A program made the position numbers and the translations under genes. A DNA stretch of 64,000 nucleotides from Perna viridis (taxonomy: Eukaryota): positions 16,306,001-16,370,000 of the forward strand of contig CM074518.1 in assembly GCA_037379345.1 (NCBI GenBank), given 5' to 3'. Under the pieces are notes generated by a model. The model made no database searches, had not been told where the DNA came from, and saw only the letters and a program-made list of their open reading frames with translations. This document shows, one piece after another, positions 35,801 to 47,788 of the stretch. Every line of letters begins with the position of its first letter. The first letter of the stretch is position 1.

Positions 35801-35961
35801 GGAAAATCCGGAGAAGAAGACTTCATCAAGAACGTGAAGAAGGCCATATTCCTCCAAGATACACAAATAGGACTAGTACGCAAAATGAATCAGCACCATT
35901 ACTGAGTAATGTTTTGGATCATAACTATGCTACCATCCAAGATAACCAAGATGTGACATAA
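23838..35961 (+). CDS. TM7SF3: Transmembrane 7 superfamily member 3 (DUF4203-containing), 11 coding exons, 557 aa
   Basis: Exons 23838-23916 (signal peptide MQSDTRLYGVFIILFFLNVKFCYS), 25694-25843, 27773-27919, 29222-29499, 30141-30321, 30721-30804, 32300-32380, 33013-33165, 33874-33971, 34892-35054 and 35702-35961 have GT-AG boundaries and consistent phases, total 1674 nt. Motifs PVPGGCNIEF, YPGQGAVYS, AYVPIATYSC, CFFGHRFF, FFTPLG, LNILSC, FPPCP and a C-terminal ESAPLL dileucine motif. Confidence 0.93.
26476..26860 (+). repeat. Helentron-associated/pearl-like element with two ~170-bp tandem units
   Basis: T-run plus short hairpin GTGACGAAAGTCGC at ~26491, then two ~85% similar units (26565-26690 and 26735-26855), matching the architecture of bivalve HINE/pearl repeats. 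Confidence 0.55.
28537..28688. repeat. ~62-bp imperfect inverted repeat (palindromic MITE-like)
   Basis: AGGATTAAGCAC...GTGTAAAATTGGACCATTCACTCGCACAAC pairs with GTTTGTGAGTGAATGGTCTGATTTTACAC...GTGTTTAATCTT. Confidence 0.7.
29101..29148. repeat. Exact 24-bp tandem duplication
   Basis: ATTGTTGATATCAATATTTCTGTT x2, about 70 bp upstream of the TM7SF3 exon 4 acceptor. Confidence 0.9.
30892..32200 (+). repeat. Degenerate pearl/HINE-like interspersed repeat in a TM7SF3 intron
   Basis: TTTTAAGCTCACTTGGACCATAGGTCC, a T-run plus small palindrome, is typical of bivalve HINE ends. A related end occurs on the minus strand at 24770-24812. The right boundary is uncertain. Confidence 0.4.
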
Positions 35962-37708
35962 TTATGATATGGTGTCATCTATCAAAGTGATATTAGTTGC
36001 CTTGTTTTTGAGAATTGTATTATACCTACAATGAGACCTGGAGACTGTTTATACATGTACGAAGAATTCATACATGTAATTCAATCTTTTTTATCGTTAA
36101 TTCACATTTAATTTTCATGATGAGGTGTAAATTTGAATTGAGCAATTACTGAGGTGTTTTCTTTATTACAAAAAACAGACATTGTTGTTGTAATTAGAAT
36201 TTGATTTCTTGTCAGCAAGTTTAATTTTGTCTAAAGAAAGACACAATATCGACAATTGCCAAGAATAAGAGCTTTGTTTTATCTGGAAATCAACTAAAAT
36301 GTTGAGGAAAATGCCATTTTTGCATGTTTTGTTATAACCATTATACAAGAATCTGTCCAGCACTACTGATATTCAATGGTAACCATAATACCTATGGAAT
36401 TGAAACTTCAATGGTAAATATCTTAATTTTCCGACATTACAGATACATACGTAAAGAAATTAAATGTTACTTTAATAGAGTATACGATTTAGGTTTATAG
36501 ATATTTATAGAAATAGCTATTTACAGAAGTGATATTTTATACATCCATTCAAAATTGAGTGGGTGATAGATTGGAATCACCTGTGTGTCTGTCATTCAGT
36601 CTTTCAGGTTCCATTGGATGAATTGATTTCAAATTTATTGTGTGACCTTCTATATAGGACATAAGTGTTAAGCAGTTTTGGGTCCTGTCCAATATCAACT
36701 TCCTGGTTTGTGAGGCTTAACTATTTTTCACTATGTGAATGTTAGAGAAAATTTTGTAACAAAATATCCAATAGATGGTTTGATTTCAAATTTGGTTTGT
36801 GGTTTATATTGATGGGGCATATGATGTAAGTGATTTTGAGCACTGTCTGATATCAACTTCCTGTATGAGCGGGGGTATACCTAGCATGACAATGTGTGCA
36901 ACATCATGTTGTGATATATAAATAATTTTTATCAACATTGTAAATAACTGTGCAATAAAACTTGTTATCCATTGTATGTTGTCTTGTTTTTAATGAATAA
37001 CTTGCAGTAGTTGAAAAAAGGGATAATTTATAGTTGATTTAGAAAATAATAAATTAATTTGTTAATATGTTTGTAGATGTTTTATAACTTACAGGTGGTA
37101 GTTTTAAGATTATTTGTGTCATGGAAATTTTCAAAATAATTTTTAAAAAGACATCTTTGATTCAGTGTTAAGGTCTACTGTAACTAACATTTCATCTCTT
37201 TTCAGAAAGATTTCTTGATAGATAAAACTTTGAAATAGAAAAACCAATAAATTACAAACCTACATTCTTCTTCTTTTTTTGAAATCATGAGTTTGTTATC
37301 TCTAATGGATAAACATATTTTAAAAACAAAATGTGGCATGTTCCACCCACTGGGACAACCTCATACTACAGTTTTCCTGCAAATTATCTCCCATGAAAGG
37401 TATATTTTTATGAAATAAATTTCTTTTTTGCATTATCTTAAAAATTTTTAAATAATATTTGCATTTAAAAAACATATTTTTTCTATTGGTAACTTGCAAC
37501 ATATGCAGTGTATTAGGTTTAATCTTGACTTTTTCTTTGTACTAGCTAGCTTCAAAAAGAGATGTTAATATCTATCCCCTGGGCATTCTGATTCTCCCCC
37601 TCTGTCTCAGTCATACATTTACATACCTCATAACTACTGTATCTTATTTTCATCAACAAAATCATTGATTCATGTTGATTGGTTACTCATCCCAAATTCC
37701 ATTTCTTA

Positions 37709-38950
37709 CAAATACAAATACTTTATTGGCACAAACTCAATTACAGTGCATGGTTATGGCCTATTACAACAATAAATGTACATTACAGTGGAACATTATA
37801 AATTTAAGATAAAAAAATTATAATTGGTTAATATTTCTGTCATATTCAATATTATTGGAAACTTATATCTCTAATTTTAAAGTAATTCAGTATAAATGTG
37901 GAGGACATTCTCAAAATAGTATGTGATTTACTATTTAAAAGAATATTGATTTTGGATTTAGCCAGGAACAAAAGTATTTACTTTATCGATTAATTTCTGT
38001 CTTTCTTGTTCATAATGAGGACAATGAAGTAAGAAATGTTCTTCATTTTCAAAATGACTTAAATTGAATACCCTACACAAACGTTCTGAAACAGGTATAA
38101 TACTACGTCGTCCCTTTTCTATCATAAGATAATGGGAGCTTGTCTACATTTTTGACATTATTACTTAGTAATTCTTTAGTGTTCATATGATATAAAGTAT
38201 TTTACTTATATTATATTGAATCATGATTAAGTAAAATTTATTGATAATGATCTCACATGTTTCAACGAAAGAGCTACAAGCATTTTTATCCAGATTAGAA
38301 AAAAAATATAAGAGATTTATCACTGTAAGGTAAACCTTCAATATATTTCTTACATTCCGTGTTTTCACCTTTACATCTAACATTTAAATATATAGTGTTT
38401 CTCAGTATATCATGGTCTGGATTGCCGAAAATAATCATCTAGACGAAAATCATTGATTATGCATTTAAAGTTTACGAGTACATTTGAACATGGTCTTATT
38501 TTGTAATTGTTTCCTATGTTATAGATAAGTTTTGAATTTGTAACAAAAACAAGTCTTATCAGTATGAAACGTATAAGTATTATAAACATATATTTGAATC
38601 TACTCGATCTCCTGTTTTACTCCAACATTGTAAATAGGTATTCATTCCAGTCCTAATCAGGATGGTACCCATTAAGAAAATAGCGTGCTTGCCAATCTCT
38701 ATCATTGCTGCATTAATATTGGTTTCTATGTGTAATTTTTACAGCAAGTTGAAAACTATGGAGACTGATTTCAATAGAACAGTCAGGTTTTTGATGGCTA
38801 TGCAGTTGGACACATTGATATAAGATATGGCATATTTCTAACGAGAGCTTTTTATACTACTTAGTAGCTTACCTAAATTTATATTGAAATCGGTACCAGT
38901 ACTTGCTGTATTCCTTTATATTGAGTCGTTGACCTGAAAGTCAGGTTGTA
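37709..38950 (-). mobile_element. 3' fragment of a CR1/L2-group LINE
   Basis: Minus strand reads TSSHYLMIEKGRRSIIPVSERLCRVFNLSHFENEEHFLLHCPHYEQER (ORF2 C-terminal motif). The 3' end has AATAAA followed by a GTATTTGTATTTG microsatellite tail (37728->37709). Confidence 0.75.
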
Positions 38951-39699
38951 TGAACTAATCCTTGTCTGTTTTTTTTTTTTTTTTTTTGTTTTGTTTTATT
39001 TAAAGATTTGTTATCATATCAGATTAAAGATAAGATTTACAATTCTAGAAGTGCGCGTACACTCGGCAGGCCCGTCTTTGGAACCGTGCCTCCTTTTGAA
39101 CCGTCTGTAATTCTACTTGAATGTTCTATATTGTCGGTCTTAATATATGTCTTGCTAAGTAAATAATTTTAATTGAATGATTTATTATAGGGAGTAAATA
39201 TATAATATAATAATTTGCTTGTTTTACAAATGTTATATTTTTTTCCAGAAAATAATAAAGGTTTGAATCGTCCACTATTATATTTATTTGTACCTAGCAT
39301 AAGTTTTCTTTTTGTAGATAATATCAACAACAGCACACCGAACATTTTAATCCGATAATTTTTCAATGGTTAACGTTTCCAAGTTCATACTTCAGTATGA
39401 TGATTTTTATTAGTAGTATTACATCACCATTTAGAATGCAGCTGTTGTATCCAGTTCAAAGTCGTTTTCGTGCAAGTTTGTACAAAATTTAGAAATACCA
39501 CTCTAGACTAACGGATATTTCGAATTTCTATATACCGTAAACGTGATTTAAGGAGTAGCATTTTATCAGCAGCATTATAAAAAAAAAATGCATAGAAATA
39601 TCTAATCCGAAAAGGAATTGTATACAAGAAGTACTCAAAACAAAAAAATATTGAAATAGAAAGCCAAATCTCTACCAAGTCCAATAAAAGGAGTGAAAC

Positions 39700-39917
39700 C
39701 AGGCGCGTAGCTGCCGTTAGGCAAAAAAGCTTTTGCCTGCACTAAATTTGCCAATTTTTTTTTGAGATAAAATACATCCAGGAGAGGCATAAATGATGCT
39801 CTAAAACGCTATCTCCGCGGAGCTTTGGGGGGGGGGTTCGCCCCCTGGACATGCTGGGGGCCAGACCCCCTGCCGTAATTTTGCCTACACTTCAATTTGG
39901 CCTTAGCTACGCGCCTG
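39700..39917. mobile_element. 218-bp GC-rich MITE with 13-bp perfect TIR and 5-bp TSD
   Basis: Termini CAGGCGCGTAGCT and AGCTACGCGCCTG; GAAAC at 39695-39699 and 39918-39922. Confidence 0.85.
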
Positions 39918-42900
39918 GAAACCTCTATGCCTGTGTTTACGGGCTTTTGAATTTCGTAGTAATGTAAATCGGTGAGAAGAATATGATAACTGGACTAGTC
40001 AAAACATTTAAAAAAAATTTAAAAAAATATCTTATTTGCCTATTTTTGAGGACCTTGATCGAAAATTTATTTTAGCCTTTAACCAAGAAAGTATTATTTC
40101 TCCAGTGATGAACAACATAATTAGTCTTCCCGTGTTATATTCATAACTTTACAGTACAATACCCGATGGAGTTTACATTTAGAATTACGTTTTTGAATTA
40201 TAATGTTTATTGTATCCTTTTTCTGTCCTCATCATTACCTTAAGAAAGGAACATTTTAAACCTTTGTTTCTTTTGAAAGAATGAATGGTAAAATAACAAC
40301 ATTACAATTGAATAATTTCAGACAAATTGTTTAATTTAAAGGGAACATATTTAATCAATACTTTTATTGACTGTCTGACGAAACCGTAAAATGGAATATC
40401 AGAACAAGTGGCCAGCGGAAACAAAAGTAAAAGACACTTAGTACATTGATTCATTATTTTGAGGTGAGAATTCTTCCTTTTTTGTCTTTATATCGACGTA
40501 TATTATTTAATTTTAAATTCCGTTGTCTGACTCCACGTGCAAGATTTTCTGATAACGAAGGTTTTTCCAAGTTTATTTTGTCAGCGTTTTCCTTCGTTTC
40601 TTAGCTTCGTCTGAACATCGGTCAATATGTCAAGTTATTGTAATTTATTTGTATGTCCAAATGAAACAATAATGGGTTGACAAGTTCGTCTACAAAATAA
40701 CAACTTCCATAGTCGTAATTTGGGTTGCTTTTGTTTCCATGATATTTGGTTATTTCATAATCTATATTGTTCAAGTCTATTTTCTCTGCCTAGTCGTTAT
40801 CCGTGGATTATGTTCGTTTTTGTACTACCGTTCCCTGGTTCCCCTGATTTCACTTTGACAGCCAACTTATTACATGCATAATAAGTAAGTTGTTTTGACT
40901 GTAAGTGTTTTTATTTTACCAGTTCATCGCTTTTTCCAAGGCTTAGCTCGAAAAGTCTTCAAGATACGAAATAATAAAAAGTAAAATTTAACTATTATAA
41001 GTGGCAAACAAAACATAATCGAAGTCGATCGTAAAAGCAAATAAAATAATGCATGCATTCATCAAACAAATTGATTAGTGTAAACAACTGTATGGTTATT
41101 TGATATTTTCTGTATTGGATTTGGTTGAAATTAATTCATTGGGCGTAACATATTGGAAGCTAGTGTAGTTTGGCAAATATACAAACTCCATATGCAGTCT
41201 AATTATGTTCAATTATAAGATATGAGAGTAGGAAATAGAAAAACAGACATGTATATAATAAGTTTGTTTTGTTTTTGTTTTTTACGATCGCTAATAGAGT
41301 TGCAAAGTCAAATACCATAGTGTCTTTTTAGTATTGTTTCCTTGATAGCTTTTATTATCAAGAGATGTGGTTACTCTCAGAACAGTAATTAGGACTTGTC
41401 CAGTAATTTAGATATAACATGGCCTTGCATTTTTACAATACACGTTTCATATTTGTAATGATAATATCTAGAAAATAGTTCATGATATACTGATGTTCAT
41501 ATGGCAGTATCTGGTGCGGTTGTTCTCCCCTCAAATAAAATATGTGGACCAAAGCGTAGTTGAGTGAGGCCCATTTAATTTTTGGGGGCGACCAACCTGT
41601 CCATATATTGCATTTGACCCGAAGTAGCATAATCTATATTTTCTATATTATACTTTTTATAGCATACTGTATTATTCATGTGAAACAAAACTCATTGGGG
41701 AAAAACACATACGACTTCTTAAGCTATGATATCATTTTCTTCAAATTGATGTGAGGAGTGAGGCTTTACATGCAATTTTCCACCGGTTCATATGACGTTA
41801 TATTGACCAGCAGATATATCTCAGAAAGTAAACAAATAAAATTCCTGGAAGTATAATATTTTCTTAAAAAGATACCTATAGAAACTTTGAAAAGGGGGGT
41901 TAAACGCTTTTACCAAAACAACTAAAATAAATTACCAAATAAAATAAAATAAAATAAAATCACAAATGACAATGATAAAAAGTTGTAAATATAGAGCACA
42001 ACCATACTGAAATTCTAAGTGATTCAATTTCCTTCTCTATCTAAAAATGAAAGAAAAACAAGAAATGCTCAGTTGACCACACATGTTCTCTGATGTTACA
42101 TATGACTTGAATAAAACAATAAAAAAACGTAAGTGCTTAGAGTAATGACTTTTGCTTAATACAATCACGTCTTAAACAGCCATAAATATTTCTCATAAGA
42201 TATCTCGATAAACAAATTTCTGCTTGAGTTTTGGTTTCCCATTATTCTTTTCCTAAACTTCCGGACGATTATACAAAGAACGTTTGTTTGATTTCAACGA
42301 AATGTGCCACACAATTGCAACACTCTTCGGAAGTTTGCATTCATGTGTGATTTTCAAAATTACTGTCCAAAGAAAGTGAAAACTTGAAAGAACAGTAAAA
42401 TTTCTGCGTTTCTTAAACTGTATGAACATTTATCAAATGATACCTACGAGAGTTTCACATATTCACAGAAAGCCACGATTTATGACATAGTATGCCGCCG
42501 ACATTGGCAAAATTTCAACATTTGTTTATTTAGATTAAATCAAGAATTGAAAGAAAACATTATGTACTTAATTAGAATTTGCGAGTTTCGCGTTTGTATC
42601 TAAACACAATATCCAAGGTTATCATTGATGATCATTTTTATAATAGTTAAGTGTCATATTTCATATTAATATTTTACAACATATTGTTTTAAATTATTGA
42701 CGTAAGCCGGGCACTGTGGGATCCGGATATTGTTTGATATAGTTACCTCAATTCTGATGAGTCTCTGGTATTTTATCTTTTAATTAGAGACACAATAGTG
42801 CATTTCAGTACAATCTCCGAAGAACGTGTACCAAACAGATTATATCTCGTTTTATTTCATTGCACATTGATGTATCAAAACGTGTCCTCAAAATGACCCT

Positions 42901-43699
42901 GAAAACAATTAAACTCATCAATATTTTTTAAGAATGGGTAATTGGATATTAAACCAACCAAAAAACATTATTTCTCTGTATGAAAAAATTATATTGCTCA
43001 ATATTTTATTGAAGGCATGATAAAATGGAAATCGAGTTCCTTTGCTAAACTTTTCGGTAAGATATTATGATAGTCACCCATAATTATGGGTAAATAATTA
43101 TCAGTTATATTACGTGGAAATAACCACCATGGAAAAGAATTACATTTTATGTGTATTGTAAAGTGAGATACTTTTTTGTGCACCAAACGTATATTAATTT
43201 GAAACAAATTCATACCATTACTAAAATGTGGTTCCTGTGAGTAAGTTGTCTAAATTGAAACTTTACTTGTTTCGATTCATACAAACACTTTCCTCCAACG
43301 TTAAAATAATAAAGAATAGTTCACGTCAAACGTTTATTGCATATGATAATTATTTTCACGCACTGACGATATAAATATCATTTAATTTCAGAACTGTATT
43401 CTAATATTGAAATACCGGAAATAATGAAACTCAAGTGCTATTGCCTTTTCACATTTTATTTTCAAATGCATGTACCAGGCCAAGACTGTAGTGGTTTCAA
43501 ACTTTTCTGATTTTTACCCCGATATTGCCATTCGTTATGCGGACTTTCCATTTGACTACTGCCTAAATTTTATCAGTTCGGTAATTTTGTTATTGATTTG
43601 TGAAATATTTTCATAAAAACATATTCTTGATTTTTTGCTTCTGTTTGTCATTTTCTTATAAAAACGACCCTCTGTTGATGCACGCAATGTTTCAATATA

Positions 43700-44182
43700 G
43701 ACATCTACCATGCTTATTTCTTATACGAAATATCAAATCGCTTCTCACGTGCTCATGCTTCGTCGTTGATTATTTTACAATTCAGAACTTACATCCACTC
43801 TGTATGCAATTAACTAATATTGCATTTGTTTCAAATGCATTAATTTCTGTATTTCATGTCATCATTTGCAATGAGCTCCTTCGTTTTTTTTCTACAAATA
43901 AAATTATAAGTTGCTTGTACCCGAGAAAGCCATGTTGTTCGTCAAAATGCTTCAATTGGCATATTGATGGCGTGTGTTTCTAGAAAAGCAGAGGACGCTT
44001 ACCCTACAGGCGCACCTCGTCCATTCTCTCAATGTTTAGTGGTGTTCGAGTTGCTCATTTAGTTCTGTTGCGTTGCGGTAATTTATAATTATGTTCTGTG
44101 TTGTTAGTATCTGTTTTCCCTGTCTGGCCTTTTCATTATGTTCTTTTGATTTCCACTAGAATCTTGGCCCCTTCATTACTCG
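43700..44182 (+). mobile_element. Degenerate Penelope-like 3' fragment with structured tail
   Basis: GTGTTTCTAGAAAAGCAGAGGACGCTTACCCTACAGGCGCACC...CGAGTTGCTCATTT at 43975-44060 and tail ATCTTGGCCCCTTCATTACTC. The upstream ISNRFSRAH weakly resembles SQLIRFSRAC. Confidence 0.65.
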
Positions 44183-44896
44183 TTCAAGTAATTCAGAATC
44201 CCGTATTAATTTATTTAAACGTTTTTGAAATGAATTAATTAGTATCAATTACTGTACATCATACAGCTATGTTATACACTTTATAATACTGAATCTGGGC
44301 CTGCACAGGAAATCATTTGTTTATTATCATTATAATTATATCATGATGGTTATTGTAAATAGTTTTTGTTGTAGTTGTATTTATATTTCTTATTAATTCG
44401 ATAAATACACAACTTACAAGAGATTCATATTTTTATACAATGATTGTTCATTACATTCTTACTGATGCATCGATAACTGTACATTAATATTTGTGTATTT
44501 AAACCAATAAATAAAAGAACAAGCTCTTCAAACATTTTGACATTCTTATGACTCTATTTAATTCTGTAATGATAACACTGTCCCTACTAATTAAACAGGA
44601 CAAGGATCAAGTCAATAAAATTTTCTACAAATATAAAGGGATAATAATCGAAGTGATTCAGGAAACTATTTGATCATGAGTTATTTAGTTCAATATTTGA
44701 AATGAAAGCGTAATAAATTGACAGATTCTTACGGCCAATTGATTTAGTAATACTCAAATACATTAGTATTATTACATTTCAGGTCGGTAGCTTTTTTTCA
44801 AGTAACTTTTGTGAAAACATATAATATAGAGATTAACTTTCAGTTAGTTAGCGCGAATTCAGAAATCAAGTTCATTTGCCAGTTTGTATCTTTCTT

Positions 44897-44950
44897 TTTT
44901 GTTTGTTGTTGTTTGTTTGTTTGTTTGTTTGTTTTGTTTTTGTTTGTTCT
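44897..44950. repeat. (GTTT)n/(GTTTT)n microsatellite
   Basis: Directly visible. Confidence 0.85.
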
Positions 44951-45394
44951 TGTTTAGTTGTTAAGATTTTTTGTGATGTTTAGTTTGTATATTTGCTTTA
45001 TTTAATAATAATAACGTAAGATTGTAACATCGTGATCCTTTCTTTAATTTTACAATCCGTACACATGTCTTTGGTGGTAATAGCTAAAAGATCTTGATCT
45101 AGTGAATACACGACCTACGTACATTTACACAGCAAACACATATACATGTATGTAATCGGAGCGAAACGACACACGACAACCAAATCAGGTAGTCGTGATG
45201 AAACGGTACTTCTATAATATTATTTATACTGTATTTGCTTTAAAACTTCTTAATATGATATAAAATGTCGAGTTATTTTTGTCTTATTTCAATATGCCTT
45301 TAGAAGTAAGATCAAAATTGGATTAAGATATTGCTTTTCTCATTTCTATCAATTAACTGAACATATATTATAAAATTTAAGTTTACGGTCTATG

Positions 45395-45608
45395 AATGAT
45401 GAGGACGCTTACCCTACCAGTGCACCTGGTCCATGCTCCCAGTTTTTAGTGGGGTCCGAGTTGCTCACTTACTTTTGTTACTTTGTTTGTATGATTTTAG
45501 TTACTTCATGTTCTTTATTGTGTATGTCTGTTTTCCATATATGGTCTTTGTCCCTGGATTACATTCTTTTGATTACCGCTATAACCTTGGTTCCCTTGAT
45601 TACTCTTT
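45395..45608 (+). mobile_element. Penelope-like 3' tail fragment
   Basis: GAGGACGCTTACCCTACCAGTGCACCTGGTCCATGCTCCCAGTTTTTAGTGGGGTCCGAGTTGCTCA...CCTGGATTACATTC...TTGGTTCCCTTGATTACTC; same family as 2560-2735. Confidence 0.8.
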
Positions 45609-46567
45609 AATCCACCCCTTAACAGAATTTTATAATTTTTACAATCGCTGAATAGAAATATATTGAAGTTGAAATTCAAATGTCACATCAATTGTTTCAC
45701 ATGGAATCCAAGGTCTGTTTAGCAAAATAAAAAAACATGATATATAAAATGAAATGATATTTTGTTTAATGAACGGAACAACAAATACAAAAATCAAACA
45801 ACACCATACTGAAGATTTTAACAAACACAAAAGCATATAAGTAATTGACATTAATTGGAATAAACAATGCAAAGAAAACGTTCTTGAAATAGATTGATAT
45901 ATCTTCAATATACGTAAATTATCATATAACACTTAAGCACGCACTAATAAACAAAATCATCAACAGTACAAATTAATTTCTCTTAATGGAAGGAAATAGA
46001 ATAGTTTATTGAATCGATGATGCTGATTAAATGTTAGAATAAACCCAAAGGCTGTCAACATTTGAAATGAACTTTGTTGTTTAGAATAATCCAAGTTGGT
46101 ACTTTCAATCAGCAAAAAGAAAGAGAACTGATTATTATGAATGTTTAGATAGTTGTGGAAACGTTTCTGCAGCTGTGAAAATAGACACAAATCAATATTC
46201 ATCACAAACATCGTTTTATTTTTCCCTTCCTCAGAATTGAAGTACCACAACTTGTTTTTTTCTTTTGACTTTCTACTTTGGGTTTTATTATTCTACAGGT
46301 GTCTATAATACCAACAGTTTTGTCATATAGGCTTTGTTTTCTCTGGATGTTAGATTCTGTTATACAACTTTTTAAGTATATCTTAATAAGAGATATTTTG
46401 ATCATTATAATTATTTTTATATTTTTATGACAAAGAAAGCGTTAAACATTTTGTATTGAAATATCATTAAATGAATAGTTTATTGGGATATCTTTCAATG
46501 ACAAGTATATTGAAATATCATTCAATAAAGAGTTTCCCGTTCTTTAAATTTATTCTGTTTTTCAGGT

Positions 46568-47788
46568 ATGGCAGTTGTTAGAATTTTAATCCTGTTCATC
46601 GTTCTAATTGTTACTTGTTATGAAAGTGATTGTTCAACTCAGACTGATATAGCAAAACTACATACAGACCTACTGACAGGATATGATAAAGATATAAGGC
46701 CACCAATGAACCAGTCAGTGGTGATCGTAAACTCGACTTTTAATCTTGTGAGCATCCGAGACTTTAATGAGGTGACTGGAAAATTTTCTGTCACGGGCGT
46801 ATACATAGGTATTTGGTACGACGACAGACTGACATGGAATCCTGTTGATTACAATGGAATACAGTCAGCCATAATTCCACATGTCAAAGTATGGACGCCA
46901 TCTATATTCTTGGCGAATGTTTTTGAATCTTTGAAAAAATTGGGGCACGATTTTGTAACGGTTCGTGTTTTTCCTAATGGTCTTGTTATGTGGGCTCCAC
47001 CTGATTTGCTGACAACCACATGCAGCGTTGATGTTACAAACTTCCCGTTCGACAAGCAGACATGCAAACTCGAATTAGTTTCCTTCGGTGCATTTCCATC
47101 TGAGGTTCTTCTGAATGCAGCCGACAATACAGCAAGTGTCCCATACTACACTGAACATGGAACTTGGGAATTAGTGGAAACTTCGCTCATAAGTTACCCA
47201 TTTGATACGGGTTCCATGTTTGAGGTGCATATTACTATTAAACGACGGCCGCTGTTTTTCCTCGTAAACATAATATTCCCAGTTCTGTTTTTAACTCTTT
47301 TAAATTCGTTCGTGTTTTTGCTACCAGTTGATTCAGGTGAACGGATCTCATATGCTATAACTGTATTGCTTGCAATAGCAGTCTTTATGACTGTAATATC
47401 AAGCTACTTACCAAATACCTCTCAAACTATGTCAAAACTTTGTTATTTTCTTGTCGGAGACCTTGTTCTGAGCTCATTGATCTGCATGCTTACAATATTT
47501 CAAATGAGACTATTTTTCAAAAGCGACGAGAAGCATCCAGTACCACAATATGTATGTAAAATGATGAACGCATCTAACCGAAAACATCGAATTACGGATG
47601 TGAAGATCCAAATGTCTAATGTTGACAACGACATTTCTGGAAAGAAAGAGCTGGCCTTTATTGCGAAAAAACCATCCCCCAATATTACATGGAAAGACAT
47701 AGCAAAGGTTTTCGACTACATTTGTCTTTTTGGAAGTTTGGGAGTCCAGGTTTTTATGCTTGGTGCCCTCTTTTCAATTCTTGCTTGA
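46568..47788 (+). CDS. Nicotinic acetylcholine receptor-like subunit (Cys-loop ligand-gated channel), non-alpha, intronless CDS, 406 aa
   Basis: Signal peptide, GYDKDIRP, WYDDRLTWNP, VWTPSI, Cys-loop CSVDVTNFPFDKQTC, IKRRP-TM1, DSGERISY-TM2 (cation-type), YLPNTS, TM3, short loop, TWKDIAKVFD-TM4. A polypyrimidine/CAG acceptor lies immediately upstream of the ATG (46565). Confidence 0.95.
   Translation: MAVVRILILFIVLIVTCYESDCSTQTDIAKLHTDLLTGYDKDIRPPMNQSVVIVNSTFNLVSIRDFNEVTGKFSVTGVYIGIWYDDRLTWNPVDYNGIQSAIIPHVKVWTPSIFLANVFESLKKLGHDFVTVRVFPNGLVMWAPPDLLTTTCSVDVTNFPFDKQTCKLELVSFGAFPSEVLLNAADNTASVPYYTEHGTWELVETSLISYPFDTGSMFEVHITIKRRPLFFLVNIIFPVLFLTLLNSFVFLLPVDSGERISYAITVLLAIAVFMTVISSYLPNTSQTMSKLCYFLVGDLVLSSLICMLTIFQMRLFFKSDEKHPVPQYVCKMMNASNRKHRITDVKIQMSNVDNDISGKKELAFIAKKPSPNITWKDIAKVFDYICLFGSLGVQVFMLGALFSILA

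Noticed and set aside
42753-42800. Hammerhead ribozyme at CTGATGAGTC
   Set aside because: No correctly placed GAAA and no stem III/UH.
45392-45651. Hydrophobic 72-aa ORFs resembling small membrane proteins
   Set aside because: They are translations of the T-rich Penelope tail repeat.
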